Notes under the pieces: model-generated
What the model was told of the DNA's origin: nothing
Seen by the model: only the letters and a program-made list of their open reading frames with translations
The model's database searches: none
Source of the DNA: Candidatus Magasanikiibacteriota bacterium
GTDB taxonomy: Bacteria > Patescibacteriota > Patescibacteriia > Magasanikbacterales > GWA2-37-8
DNA: 64,000 nt
Reading direction: 5' to 3'
Assembly: GCA_963840935.1 (NCBI GenBank)
Contig: CAWJAS010000001.1
Coordinates: forward strand, 512,875-576,874
Shown here: positions 48,805 to 58,936 of the stretch, one piece after another
Layout of the letters: each line of letters begins with the position of its first letter
Numbering within the stretch: the stretch's first letter is position 1
Position numbers and translations under genes: made by a program

Positions 48805-50793
48805 ATGGCAACCAATGATTTTTTTGAATACGAACCAAAAGACCCGGTAAATGATTCTAATCTGACCGGTCGTTATCGTCATGGGTGGGTTGAAGAAAAC
48901 CTTCCTCATTTTAATGCTAACGGGAGAAACAACAACATTCCGCGCACTAATAATTTTATTGGCGCGAGCATATCACCAAAAAGAATGCTACTGTTTTTAA
49001 TTCTTTCGCTGATAGGAACTGTCGTCGTCGCTTCCAGAGTTTTTTATTTGCAAGTAATAAAAGGGGACTACTACTTTAATTTGGCGGAAAATAACCGAAT
49101 TCGAATCAAACCGATATCATCGGAAAGGGGTCTTATTTACGACAGATACGGCATGCAAATTGTGGAAAATATTCCGAGCTTTTCTCTTTCAATTGTTCCT
49201 TATGACCTTCCAAGAAATAATGAGGAAAGATCTAATCTTATTTCAAAAATATCGACAATCAGCAATGTAAGCGTGGAAGAAATTGAAAATTTAATAAAAA
49301 AATATAGCGACTATAGCTATGAATCGCTAATAATCAAGGAAAACTTGGATTATAAATCAGCTTTGCGTTTATATGTGCAGAGTTCGGAATTAAACGGGAT
49401 AGTCATTGAAAAAGGAACAAAAAGATTATATGGCGCTGTTAATGCCGATGAAAATACAGATAGCAAACCTTCTTCTTTATCGCATATTATCGGCTACCTC
49501 GGAAAAATCGACATTAATGAATTATCCGATAAAAAATCCCTGGGCTACTATTCCTCCGATTATTTGGGAAAGGCCGGAATAGAAAAACAATATGAATCTA
49601 ATCTTAGAGGAATATTTGGCAGAAAAAGAGTGGAAGTTAATGCTTTGGGAAGGGAACAAAACATTTTGGCCGAGGAACCGCCTATCCCGGGAAAGAATAT
49701 TTATTTGAGCATTGATTTGGAAGCACAAAACTATTTAGAAAATTTGCTTCTTGACTCAATGGAAAAGAATTCTTTTACTCGCGTGGCGGGAATAGCGCTA
49801 AACCCAAATAATGGTGAAATTTTGGCGCTCGTAAGTTTGCCATCGTTTGATAACAATGATTTTTCCGGTGGAATCAGTGAAACAAAATATTCCGCTTATT
49901 TAAATAATGAAAATAATCCGTTGTTTAATCGCGCTATTGCCGGCACATATCCTTCCGGTTCAACAGTTAAACCTCTTATTACCGCCGCCGCATTGCAGGA
50001 AAAAATAATTACAAAAAACACTTCTGTGTTAAGCACCGGCGGTATTGAAATTGACAAGTGGTTCTTTCCCGATTGGAAAGCGGGTGGCCACGGCTATACA
50101 AATGCCACAAAAGCTATTGCTTGGTCAGTAAACACATTTTTTTATTATATAGGAGGAGGTTATAAAAGCTTCGTCGGACTTGGAGTTGATAAAATTATCA
50201 GTTATCTGAAGCAATTTGGATTAGCGGAAAAAACCGGTATTGATTTGCCGGGTGAAAGCGCCGGTTTTTTGCCGTCCAAAGCTTGGAAGGAAGAAACGAA
50301 AAATGAAATGTGGTATATCGGCGACACATACAACCTTTCAATTGGCCAAGGAGATTTGCTGGTAACCCCCTTGCAAGTGGCTGTTTGGACCGCCACAATC
50401 GCTAACGGCGGAAAGGTGATTCAACCAAGGCTGGCAATAAAAATTGAAGACCCGCTTAATAAAACCGAGGAAATTTTGCCGACGATAATAAAAAATGAAA
50501 ATTTTATTTCATCGGCAAACATAAACATATCAAGACAAGGAATGCGAGAGTGCGTTATTTATGGCTCATGCGAAATGCTTGGCTCACTTAATTTTTCTTC
50601 CGCCGGAAAAACCGGCACCGCTCAATGGAGCCAAAGCAAAGAAAATCACGCTTGGTTCACCTCTTTTGCTCCATTTGATAATCCCCAAATAGTGGTAACC
50701 ATTTTGATTGAAGAAGGGGAGGAAGGCAGTACTGCGGCTCAACCGATAGCTCTTGATTTTTTGCGCTGGTGGGGTAAAAAATATTTAAAATAG
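48805..50793 (+). CDS. mrdA: penicillin-binding protein 2 (peptidoglycan D,D-transpeptidase)
   Basis: TM anchor; SGSTVKP (SxxK), SIGQGD (SxN-like), KTGTAQ (KTG) motifs. Confidence 0.9.
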   Translation: MATNDFFEYEPKDPVNDSNLTGRYRHGWVEENLPHFNANGRNNNIPRTNNFIGASISPKRMLLFLILSLIGTVVVASRVFYLQVIKGDYYFNLAENNRIRIKPISSERGLIYDRYGMQIVENIPSFSLSIVPYDLPRNNEERSNLISKISTISNVSVEEIENLIKKYSDYSYESLIIKENLDYKSALRLYVQSSELNGIVIEKGTKRLYGAVNADENTDSKPSSLSHIIGYLGKIDINELSDKKSLGYYSSDYLGKAGIEKQYESNLRGIFGRKRVEVNALGREQNILAEEPPIPGKNIYLSIDLEAQNYLENLLLDSMEKNSFTRVAGIALNPNNGEILALVSLPSFDNNDFSGGISETKYSAYLNNENNPLFNRAIAGTYPSGSTVKPLITAAALQEKIITKNTSVLSTGGIEIDKWFFPDWKAGGHGYTNATKAIAWSVNTFFYYIGGGYKSFVGLGVDKIISYLKQFGLAEKTGIDLPGESAGFLPSKAWKEETKNEMWYIGDTYNLSIGQGDLLVTPLQVAVWTATIANGGKVIQPRLAIKIEDPLNKTEEILPTIIKNENFISSANINISRQGMRECVIYGSCEMLGSLNFSSAGKTGTAQWSQSKENHAWFTSFAPFDNPQIVVTILIEEGEEGSTAAQPIALDFLRWWGKKYLK

Positions 50794-50862
50794 GCCTATT
50801 TCTGCGTCTGGGGATAAATAAATTGACTTAATTACCTTATAATTGATACTATAAATAAAGAT

Positions 50863-50900
50863 TAATACCCTGATAATTTGCAAAGGGTATTTATATTTTT
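50863..50900 (+). terminator. rho-independent terminator
   Basis: aataccct-gataatttgca-aagggtatt + T-rich. Confidence 0.6.
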
Positions 50901-50909
50901 ATAAAACAT

Positions 50910-51377
50910 ATGGATGATAAAATAAATTATTTAACCGAGGAAAGCCACGCCAATTTAATTGTTGAATTGGAGAACCTAAAAAACAAGTTAATCCCCGATA
51001 TTGCCAACCGTATTGATGAGGCGAAACAGCAGGGTGACTTGTCAGAAAACGCGGAATATCACCAAGCGAAAGAAGATATGGCGTGGGCGCAAGGACGACT
51101 AATGTCAATTGAACATATTTTGGGAAACGCCGAAATAATACAAAAAAGTAAAAGTGGCAATAAAATTGTGGAAATAGGCAATAAAATAACGGTTGAGGCA
51201 AATGGTAAAACAAAAGAATATTTAATTGTCGGACCCCAAGAAGCAGACCCGTTTGCGGGCAAAATATCTAATGAATCTCCTTTGGGACAGTCATTTCTTG
51301 GCAACAAGATTGATGATATTGTTGAAGTTGTTACTCCGGCGGGAGAACAAAAATACAAAATTCTAAAAATTGAGTAG
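50910..51377 (+). CDS. greA: transcription elongation factor GreA
   Basis: N-terminal coiled coil with DLSENAEYHQAKE, C-terminal FKBP-like ISNESPLGQSFLG. Confidence 0.9.
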   Translation: MDDKINYLTEESHANLIVELENLKNKLIPDIANRIDEAKQQGDLSENAEYHQAKEDMAWAQGRLMSIEHILGNAEIIQKSKSGNKIVEIGNKITVEANGKTKEYLIVGPQEADPFAGKISNESPLGQSFLGNKIDDIVEVVTPAGEQKYKILKIE

Positions 51378-51399
51378 AAAAAGTTAGACCGGATTTATT

Positions 51400-51427
51400 A
51401 AAAAGCCCAAAAATTGGGCTTTTTTTG
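51400..51427 (+). terminator. rho-independent terminator
   Basis: aaaaagcccaa-aaa-ttgggcttttttt. Confidence 0.75.
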
Positions 51428-51478
51428 ACTTAAAAGGCAAAACATTATATAATATTGTCAATACTTATAACATAAAAT

Positions 51479-52957
51479 ATGAACAAAAATCCTGAGACCA
51501 AAAACGAGGAACAAATTAGACTGGAAAGATTAAGCAGTTTGCGCGCGCAAAATATCAATCCCTATCCATCCAAAACCCCAAAAAAAATCGCAATAAGCGA
51601 AGCCAGGACGTTAAAAGAGGGGCAAACAGCGTCGGTTGCGGGCAGAATTATGTCGATGAGAGAAATGGGGAAACTGTGCTTTCTTAATTTAAAAGATTTT
51701 TCCGGAGCAATTCAAATTGCTTTATCCGAAAAAGAATTAGGGAAGGATAGCTATAAATTTTTTACTAAACATTTTGACCTGGGTGATTTTGTTAATTTTC
51801 AAGGTGATATTTTTGTTACTCATAAAGGCGAATTATCCATACTGGTTAAGAGCTACCAAATATTATGCAAATCGCTTTTGCCTTTGCCAGAAAAATTTCA
51901 CGGATTGTCCAACGTCGAAACAAGATACCGCCAAAGATATTTGGATTTATTATCAAATGAACGCTCAATGGAAATAGCCGTGGTAAGAAGCAAACTGGTC
52001 AAAGAAATCAGAAATTATTTTGATAATCTTGGTTTCTTTGAGGTGGAGACACCGATACTGCAATCATTGTACGGCGGAGCAAACGCAAAACCTTTTGTCA
52101 CTCATCACAATGCTTTAGATATAGATCTTTTTTTGCGAATTGCGCCGGAATTGTATTTGAAAAGATTGTTGGTCGGAGGTTTTGAAAGGATATACGAAAT
52201 TTCCAAATGCTTTAGGAACGAAGGAATAGACAATAATCACAATCCTGAATTTACGCAAATTGAAGCATACTGGGCATACGCCGATTATACTGACTTGATG
52301 AATTTATTTGAAGACTTACTGCCAAAATTAATTCAAGGCGCGGGTTTGCCTCTCAAATTTTCCACACTGGGATCTGAAGTGGATTTTACTCCTCCTTATC
52401 CGAGAAAAACGATGCGTGAACTGATGATTGAACACGCTGATGTGGATATTGAAAAATATCCGGACCAAAAATCAATGTTTGAATTGGCCAAAAAATTGCG
52501 CGTAGAAGATATAGATAAAAATACCGGACGAGGAAAACTAATTGACGAAATCTATAAATTATTAGTCAGGCCCAAAATTATCAATCCGATATTTATGATT
52601 GACCACCCCTTGGAATTGTCGCCCTTGGCCAAAAAACACGCCGATAGACCCGATTATGTGGAAAGATTTCAATTGTTATGCGTGGGAGGGAATGAGCTAT
52701 GCAATGCGTTCTCGGAGTTAAACGACCCGATTGACCAGGAAGAACGCTTGACTGAGCAAGAAAAATTAAGGGATTTGGGAGATGACGAAAGCATGAAAAT
52801 GGACGAGGATTTTATTATCGCTCTAAAACACGGAATGCCACCGTGCGCGGGACTCGGAATGGGTATCGACCGCCTTGTTAAGCTTCTCATGGACGCCGAT
52901 AATTTAAAAGAAGTGATTCTTTTTCCGACCCTAAAACCCGTAGCGACAAATGAATAA
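51479..52957 (+). CDS. lysS: lysyl-tRNA synthetase (class II)
   Basis: OB-fold N-domain, class II motifs FRNEGID, GLGMGIDRL. Confidence 0.9.
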   Translation: MNKNPETKNEEQIRLERLSSLRAQNINPYPSKTPKKIAISEARTLKEGQTASVAGRIMSMREMGKLCFLNLKDFSGAIQIALSEKELGKDSYKFFTKHFDLGDFVNFQGDIFVTHKGELSILVKSYQILCKSLLPLPEKFHGLSNVETRYRQRYLDLLSNERSMEIAVVRSKLVKEIRNYFDNLGFFEVETPILQSLYGGANAKPFVTHHNALDIDLFLRIAPELYLKRLLVGGFERIYEISKCFRNEGIDNNHNPEFTQIEAYWAYADYTDLMNLFEDLLPKLIQGAGLPLKFSTLGSEVDFTPPYPRKTMRELMIEHADVDIEKYPDQKSMFELAKKLRVEDIDKNTGRGKLIDEIYKLLVRPKIINPIFMIDHPLELSPLAKKHADRPDYVERFQLLCVGGNELCNAFSELNDPIDQEERLTEQEKLRDLGDDESMKMDEDFIIALKHGMPPCAGLGMGIDRLVKLLMDADNLKEVILFPTLKPVATNE

Positions 52958-52969
52958 TATACTAAATAT

Positions 52970-54226
52970 ATGCTAGACATTAAATTTATCAAAGAAAACG
53001 AAAAGTTAATTCAAGAAAATTGCTCTAACAGGCGAGTTGATGTTGATATAAAAAAATTATTACTAGTTAACGAAGAACGAACTGATAAAATAAAAAAAAT
53101 AGAGGAGTTAAGGGCTTTAAGAAATAAAAAATCTAAAGGCAAGCCCAGCGATGAAGAAATAATTAAAATGCGCGCTTTGGGCGATGATATTGGCAGACTT
53201 GAAAATGAATTAAAAATAATTGAAACGGAATTTGAAAACTTACTGATGGCTGTACCCAACATGACTCATCCGGAAAGTCCGATCGGAGGCGAAAATGATT
53301 ACAAGGTAATTTTTGAATCCAAAATTCCCAAAAAACCAAAATTCAAACAAAAAAATCACGAAGAATTAATGGTGGCAAACGATTTGATAGATTTTGAAAG
53401 AGGCGCAAAAGTGGCGGCTTCAAAATTTTATTTTTTAAAGAATAACGCGGTCCGGTTAAACATGGCTTTAATCAATTACGCCGTAGATATAATTTCTAAA
53501 CACGGATATGTATTAATGGAAACTCCGGATATGGCCAAGGATGAAATTTTATCCGGTATTGGTTTTAACCCTCGTGGCAAAGAAACTCAAGTATATTCCA
53601 TTGAAAACCAAGACTTAAGCTTAGTCGGAACCGCCGAAATTACCATGGGAGGCTATCACGCCGACGAGATTTTGGATTTATCAGACGGACCGAAAAAATA
53701 TATGGCACTCTCTCATTGCTATAGAACAGAGGCTGGAGCGTACGGCAAAACCAGTAAAGGATTATACCGGGTTCATCAATTTACAAAATTGGAAATGTTT
53801 ATTTTTTGCAAACCAAATGAAAGCGAAAAATATCATCAAGAAATTCTTGAAATCGAGAAAAAAATTGTTTGCGGTCTAAAATTACCATACAGAGTTATAG
53901 ATATAGCAAGTGGAGACCTTGGCGGACCGGCATACAAAAAATTCGATATTGAGGCGTGGATGACAATGAACGAAAGTGAAAACAATCCTCAAGGCGGATG
54001 GGGTGAAATTACCAGTTGCAGTAATTGTACCGACTATCAGGCTCGCAGATTAAATATCAAATATCGCGACGAAAACGGAGAATTAAAATATGTGCACACT
54101 TTAAACGGCACCGGCATGGTAATGTCCAGATTTCCTATCGCTATTGTTGAGAATTATCAGCGCGAAGACGGCAAAATTCAAGTACCCAAGGCTTTAAAAA
54201 AATACTGCAATTTAAAAATTCTTTAA
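52970..54226 (+). CDS. serS: seryl-tRNA synthetase
   Basis: N-terminal coiled-coil arm, class II core RTEAGAYGKTSKGLYRVHQF, motif 3 GTGMV. Confidence 0.9.
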   Translation: MLDIKFIKENEKLIQENCSNRRVDVDIKKLLLVNEERTDKIKKIEELRALRNKKSKGKPSDEEIIKMRALGDDIGRLENELKIIETEFENLLMAVPNMTHPESPIGGENDYKVIFESKIPKKPKFKQKNHEELMVANDLIDFERGAKVAASKFYFLKNNAVRLNMALINYAVDIISKHGYVLMETPDMAKDEILSGIGFNPRGKETQVYSIENQDLSLVGTAEITMGGYHADEILDLSDGPKKYMALSHCYRTEAGAYGKTSKGLYRVHQFTKLEMFIFCKPNESEKYHQEILEIEKKIVCGLKLPYRVIDIASGDLGGPAYKKFDIEAWMTMNESENNPQGGWGEITSCSNCTDYQARRLNIKYRDENGELKYVHTLNGTGMVMSRFPIAIVENYQREDGKIQVPKALKKYCNLKIL

Positions 54227-54272
54227 TCGCCGTATTTGCTATTGATTTTTTAATATTTTTTAAGGGTTTATT

Positions 54273-55385
54273 ATGTTCAGCTGGATTGAGGTTGATTCAA
54301 GCGCGATAAAGCATAATTTAAAGGAGTTCAAAAAACTGTTCGGAAAAAATATTTTGCTCATGCCTGTAGTAAAAGGAAACGCCTACGGGCACGGTTTATC
54401 GCAAATGGCTCAAATTTGCGATAAGGCACCAGAGGTAAACAGGATTTGCGTAGTTAACGATGAAGAAGCGGAAATTTTGATTCAAAATAATATCAAAAAA
54501 CCTATAATGATCATTGGTTTTTTTGAATTAAATAAAAAAAAATTGCTAAGATTAGCCAAAAATAATGTTATTTTTCCTGTTTTTTCGCTTAAACAAGCCA
54601 AATTTCTAAATAGGGTAGGGGATAAACTTAAAAAAAACATAAGAATTCACATTAAATTTGATATTGGCACTTCCAGGCTTGGTTTTCTTTTTCCAACTCA
54701 AATAAATGAAATTCGCAAGATATCACAGCTAAAATGGCTGACAATTGAAGGTATTTACAGTCATTTGGCCTCAAGCGAGAGTAGTGTCGCATATACCAAC
54801 AAACAAATACATAAATTTCAACTAATTGAAGCTCGGCTAAAAAAGCTTAACATCAACCCAGGAATTCAGCACATTAGCTGTACGGCTGCATCCGTTTTAT
54901 TCCCAAGCGCTCAATTAAACGCAGTAAGGCTTGGCCTTGGTTTGTATGGGTTGTATTCGTCGCAAAAAATGACTAAAAAAATCAATTTAAAACCGGCCTT
55001 GTCGCTATATACAAAAATTCTGCAAATTAAACGAATTAAAAAGGGTACAAAAATAGGCTACGGAGGCACATATACCGCAAAAAAAGATTTTGACCTGGCT
55101 ATTTTGCCAATCGGATATTGGGACGGCTATGATCGACGATTATCAAATAATTCCCACGTTTTAATCAACGGAAATAAATGTTTTGTGCGCGGGAAAATAT
55201 GCATGAATCTGACAATGGTTGAACTTCCGAACAAACATAAAGCAAAAGAAGGGGACACGGCCATTCTCATAGGCAAACAATCAAAACAAGTAATATCCAT
55301 TGACGCGTTGGCCGACAAATGCAAAACGATTAATTATGAGTTTGTGGATAGGTTAAACCCGATGCTACCCCGAATATACGTCTAA
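54273..55385 (+). CDS. alr: alanine racemase
   Basis: PLP-lysine motif PVVKGNAYGHG, C-terminal beta domain. Confidence 0.85.
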   Translation: MFSWIEVDSSAIKHNLKEFKKLFGKNILLMPVVKGNAYGHGLSQMAQICDKAPEVNRICVVNDEEAEILIQNNIKKPIMIIGFFELNKKKLLRLAKNNVIFPVFSLKQAKFLNRVGDKLKKNIRIHIKFDIGTSRLGFLFPTQINEIRKISQLKWLTIEGIYSHLASSESSVAYTNKQIHKFQLIEARLKKLNINPGIQHISCTAASVLFPSAQLNAVRLGLGLYGLYSSQKMTKKINLKPALSLYTKILQIKRIKKGTKIGYGGTYTAKKDFDLAILPIGYWDGYDRRLSNNSHVLINGNKCFVRGKICMNLTMVELPNKHKAKEGDTAILIGKQSKQVISIDALADKCKTINYEFVDRLNPMLPRIYV

Positions 55386-55501
55386 ATATTATGAATTGAT
55401 ACATCAAATCATACGGCTCGCTCAGCCTGAATAAACCGATTAAAAAAAGACGTAATTTTTTTATTTTTAACATATTCAAAAAAAAAGAAAGCCGGACAAT
55501 T

Positions 55502-56530
55502 ATGCGAGAACCGAATAGAATATTAAATGTTAATAATGCTCATGTCCATTCTCAATACAAATATCAAAAAAAACATGTCTCACGTAATTGGAAAAAAATA
55601 ATTATTTATTCTTTATTATTTATTCTGCTAACCGCCTGGCTCATATTAATGCTATACTTGCCATATTTTAGAATCAAAAACGTTGAATACAAAGGCCTAA
55701 AAATTATTGAAATTAACGAAATAAGCGAATATGTTAACAATGAATTTTTGAAAGGAGTAATAGTGCCAAGAAACAACTATTTTTTGTTAAGTGCAAAAAA
55801 AATAGAACGCGACCTGCTTCAAAAATACGGAGTTGAAGAAATAAAAGTCACCAAAATATTTCCGGAAAAATTACTAATAGAAATCAAAGAAAAAATTTCA
55901 ACAATAATTTATTATAATGGGAGCAATTATTATCTGCTTGACAGAAATGGAGAAATAATCAAAAAAATTACTTTGCTAAATGGCATCCAAACCGAAGTAT
56001 ACGAGGACGAAGATATTATTAACATTGATACTGAATCAGAAAATAACCAAGCAACAACAAGCATGGCAAATGTGGTCATGACTTCGTCTTCAACCGAACC
56101 GTTTAATTCACGCACCACACCGGGGCAAATAACTATCGCGTCGTCTTCAACTTCTACGGCTGTAATGAACACACCGGAATGGCGAAAATTAACCAGGGAT
56201 TACGAAGATATCCCGATTTTTTGGGATAAGAGCAATTTATCTGAAGACGGCGAAAAAGAATTTATTTTGAAAAATGAAATAATAGAATTTATTATTGAAT
56301 GGGATAAAATCCTAAAAGAGGAGGGGATAGGGGACGCGCGCTACTTTGAAACAGAAAATTTAACCTCCGGCTTGGCGCTTTCTCTTGATAAGCCTTGGAA
56401 GATTTATATCCAGCCAAATAATTCTCTGGAAAATCAAATTGCTAATTTAAAAATTATTTTGTCCAGCCGTAATACGTCTCCGAAAGAGTATATTGATTTG
56501 AGATTTAATGAACGAGTGTTTTGGAAGTAG
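55502..56530 (+). CDS. FtsQ/DivIB-like cell division protein (TM + POTRA-like domain)
   Basis: Basic cytoplasmic N-tail, one TM, then FRIKNVEYKGLKII...KVTKIFPEKLLIEIKEK POTRA-like pattern. Confidence 0.5.
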   Translation: MREPNRILNVNNAHVHSQYKYQKKHVSRNWKKIIIYSLLFILLTAWLILMLYLPYFRIKNVEYKGLKIIEINEISEYVNNEFLKGVIVPRNNYFLLSAKKIERDLLQKYGVEEIKVTKIFPEKLLIEIKEKISTIIYYNGSNYYLLDRNGEIIKKITLLNGIQTEVYEDEDIINIDTESENNQATTSMANVVMTSSSTEPFNSRTTPGQITIASSSTSTAVMNTPEWRKLTRDYEDIPIFWDKSNLSEDGEKEFILKNEIIEFIIEWDKILKEEGIGDARYFETENLTSGLALSLDKPWKIYIQPNNSLENQIANLKIILSSRNTSPKEYIDLRFNERVFWK

Positions 56531-56647
56531 TGAATGAGTGGAAGGGGGAACGGCAAAACATAATACTTGCGTTATTTAGAGTTGTATTATACTATATATC
56601 TAACGTCGTATAACATAGATTAAGAGACGTTAATAACATCTATTTAT

Positions 56648-57610
56648 ATGGATAAGTCCAATAAAGCCGTTATTGCGCATATTCCCGACTTTCTTGACTA
56701 TTGCGAAATTGAGAAGGGTTTAAGCCCGATTACCACGCGTAATTACCATAACTTTTTAAAAATGTTTGTGGCGTGGATTCGTGACCATAATCTTACGTCA
56801 TTAAAGCCTCACGAGCTCACACCTAAACATATTTGGGACTACAGGCTATATTTGTCGCGTAAAGCCGATTCCCATGGCAAATATATCAAAAAAACGACTC
56901 AGAACTACTACCTGATAGCGCTTCGTAATTTGGTTACATATTTTGCCACCAAAGATATAATTTCCATTCCGGCTGATAAAATTTCTTTGCCTAAGTTAAC
57001 TGATAAAGATAAAAAAATAAAATTTTTAAATTTCGACCAGGTTGAAAAACTGATGTCCATGCCTGACTTGTCAAAACCGGACGGATTAAGAGATAGGGCT
57101 ATTCTTGAGACCCTCTTCTCTACCGGCATGCGGGTATCGGAATTAACGTCGCTTAATATACGTCTATTCAATATTAAAAATATTGTCGAAAAAAAAATTG
57201 ATGATTTGGAAATTACTATTTCCGGTAAAGGCGGATCAAGCCGAACCGTATATTTTTCCAAGCGAGCTCTTGAATGGCTCGGGAAATACCTAAAAATCAG
57301 AAATGATATGTTCCCTCCCCTGTTTATTAACTATCGACTTGATGAAAATGACGACGAACACAGATTAACATCGCGTTCTGTCGAGCGATTGGTAAAAAAA
57401 TACACCACAATGGCCGGTTTGCCGGTGGATGCGACACCACATACATTGCGCCACAGTTTTGCCACTGATTTACTTGAGCAAGGAGCGGACATGCGCTCCG
57501 TTCAAGAAATGCTCGGCCATAAAAATATTGTTACCACGCAAATATACACTCACGTAACCAATCCCCGTCTGCGGGAAATTCATCGTAAATTTCATTCCAG
57601 AAAAAAGTAA
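56648..57610 (+). CDS. tyrosine recombinase XerC/XerD family
   Basis: Catalytic R...HTLRHSFAT...GHKNIVTTQIYTHV (R-H-R-Y) motifs. Confidence 0.85.
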   Translation: MDKSNKAVIAHIPDFLDYCEIEKGLSPITTRNYHNFLKMFVAWIRDHNLTSLKPHELTPKHIWDYRLYLSRKADSHGKYIKKTTQNYYLIALRNLVTYFATKDIISIPADKISLPKLTDKDKKIKFLNFDQVEKLMSMPDLSKPDGLRDRAILETLFSTGMRVSELTSLNIRLFNIKNIVEKKIDDLEITISGKGGSSRTVYFSKRALEWLGKYLKIRNDMFPPLFINYRLDENDDEHRLTSRSVERLVKKYTTMAGLPVDATPHTLRHSFATDLLEQGADMRSVQEMLGHKNIVTTQIYTHVTNPRLREIHRKFHSRKK

Positions 57611-57613
57611 ATA

Positions 57614-57648
57614 AAAAAACGCCCGATTCCCTCGGGCGTTTATATATT
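57614..57648. terminator. bidirectional rho-independent terminator
   Basis: aaaaaaacgcccg-attccct-cgggcgtttatat. Confidence 0.75.
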
Positions 57649-57654
57649 TGATTA

Positions 57655-58905
57655 CTAAAAATAATTCATCGGGTTTACCGGAATTCCGTTTAACCTCACT
57701 TCAAAATGCAAATGCGGTCCGGTCACAAACGGTCCGGCCCCGACAGTTCCGGGCGTACCGCCGGAATAACCAATTATATCACCCTTGGCCACAAATTGGT
57801 CTTCCTGCACGCTTATAGAGCTCATATGACCATAAACGGTTGATAAATTATCCGTATGAACCAGTAAAATATAGCTATAACAAGTGCTTACCGAGCACCT
57901 TCTGGCTCTGGCGACGTACCCAGAACTAGCCGCTTTTATGGGTGTTCCCTGCGAAGCCCTTATATCAATCCCACTGTGTTCAAAAACATGCCGGTACGGA
58001 TATTCAGGGTCATGAAAAATTGATGTGACATATTTGCTCACAGCCGGCCAATAGAAATTACCGGAATCACTGCTTAAACTGCTAAATTTTTCCAGTTCCT
58101 CTAGCTTTTTTCTTACCTGAGTTTCAAACGAACGAACCTCGCCCTCGATCGCTTGATATTGGGCTCGCAAATTTTCTACCAATGTTTTAAAACGCATTTC
58201 CGAAGCCTGGGAATTGGCTAATAAATTTTGCCTAACATTGGCCTCTGAACTCAAATCATATTTTTTATTATCCAAATCGATTTTCAAATTTTCATAAACT
58301 TGTTTACGATTTTCTACTTGAGATTTTTTTGTATCAAGCTCTTCTTTGGCAAATCGCAGTTGTTTGACCGATTTGCCCAAATCAGTATAAACATTTTCCA
58401 AATATTTTACCTGATCATAAAATTCCGCAAAATCTTCGCTGGTTAACAAAACTTCCAAATAATTCTTTTGATCTTCAGCGTTTATATTACGAACAATTTT
58501 TGCAATAATAAGTTTTTGCTTTTCTATCGCGGTCTCTTTGTCTTCAATGCTCAGGTTTAAAGCTTCTATTTCTAGCGAGGCTTCTTTAATCATTTCTTCA
58601 GTCAATTGAATATCTGTTTCGATCTGAATTAGGCGGTTGTCAATAATGCTCAACTGATTCTTTAAGGACATTGATTCCAGCCTTTTTTCTTCAATGCTTT
58701 TTTTGTAATTATTAATTGTGTTTTCCAGTTCCTGAATTTTTGACTTTCTTTCGGCAATTTGGCGATTTAGGTCATCTATTTCTTCCTTATTACCGCCGGA
58801 AGCCTGAGTGCCCGATGATTTGGTAAAAACAAAACTCGCGCCAAACACAAACAGCGCGACGGATAATATGATAGCAAACAGTATATAAAATCGCATTTTC
58901 TTCAT
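57655..58905 (-). CDS. M23-family peptidoglycan endopeptidase with N-terminal coiled coil (EnvC-like)
   Basis: Signal/TM anchor, long coiled coil, C-terminal GPHLHFEVRLNGIPVNP LytM motif; start at MKKMRFYIL. Confidence 0.85.
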   Translation of the reverse strand: MKKMRFYILFAIILSVALFVFGASFVFTKSSGTQASGGNKEEIDDLNRQIAERKSKIQELENTINNYKKSIEEKRLESMSLKNQLSIIDNRLIQIETDIQLTEEMIKEASLEIEALNLSIEDKETAIEKQKLIIAKIVRNINAEDQKNYLEVLLTSEDFAEFYDQVKYLENVYTDLGKSVKQLRFAKEELDTKKSQVENRKQVYENLKIDLDNKKYDLSSEANVRQNLLANSQASEMRFKTLVENLRAQYQAIEGEVRSFETQVRKKLEELEKFSSLSSDSGNFYWPAVSKYVTSIFHDPEYPYRHVFEHSGIDIRASQGTPIKAASSGYVARARRCSVSTCYSYILLVHTDNLSTVYGHMSSISVQEDQFVAKGDIIGYSGGTPGTVGAGPFVTGPHLHFEVRLNGIPVNPMNYF

Positions 58906-58936
58906 ACCTGAATTATACCACAATAACAGTGAACAG

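Noticed and set aside
48266-50793. Absence of rodA next to mreBCD-PBP2
   Set aside because: Cannot be judged from a 64-kb window. rodA may lie elsewhere. Not reported as a finding.
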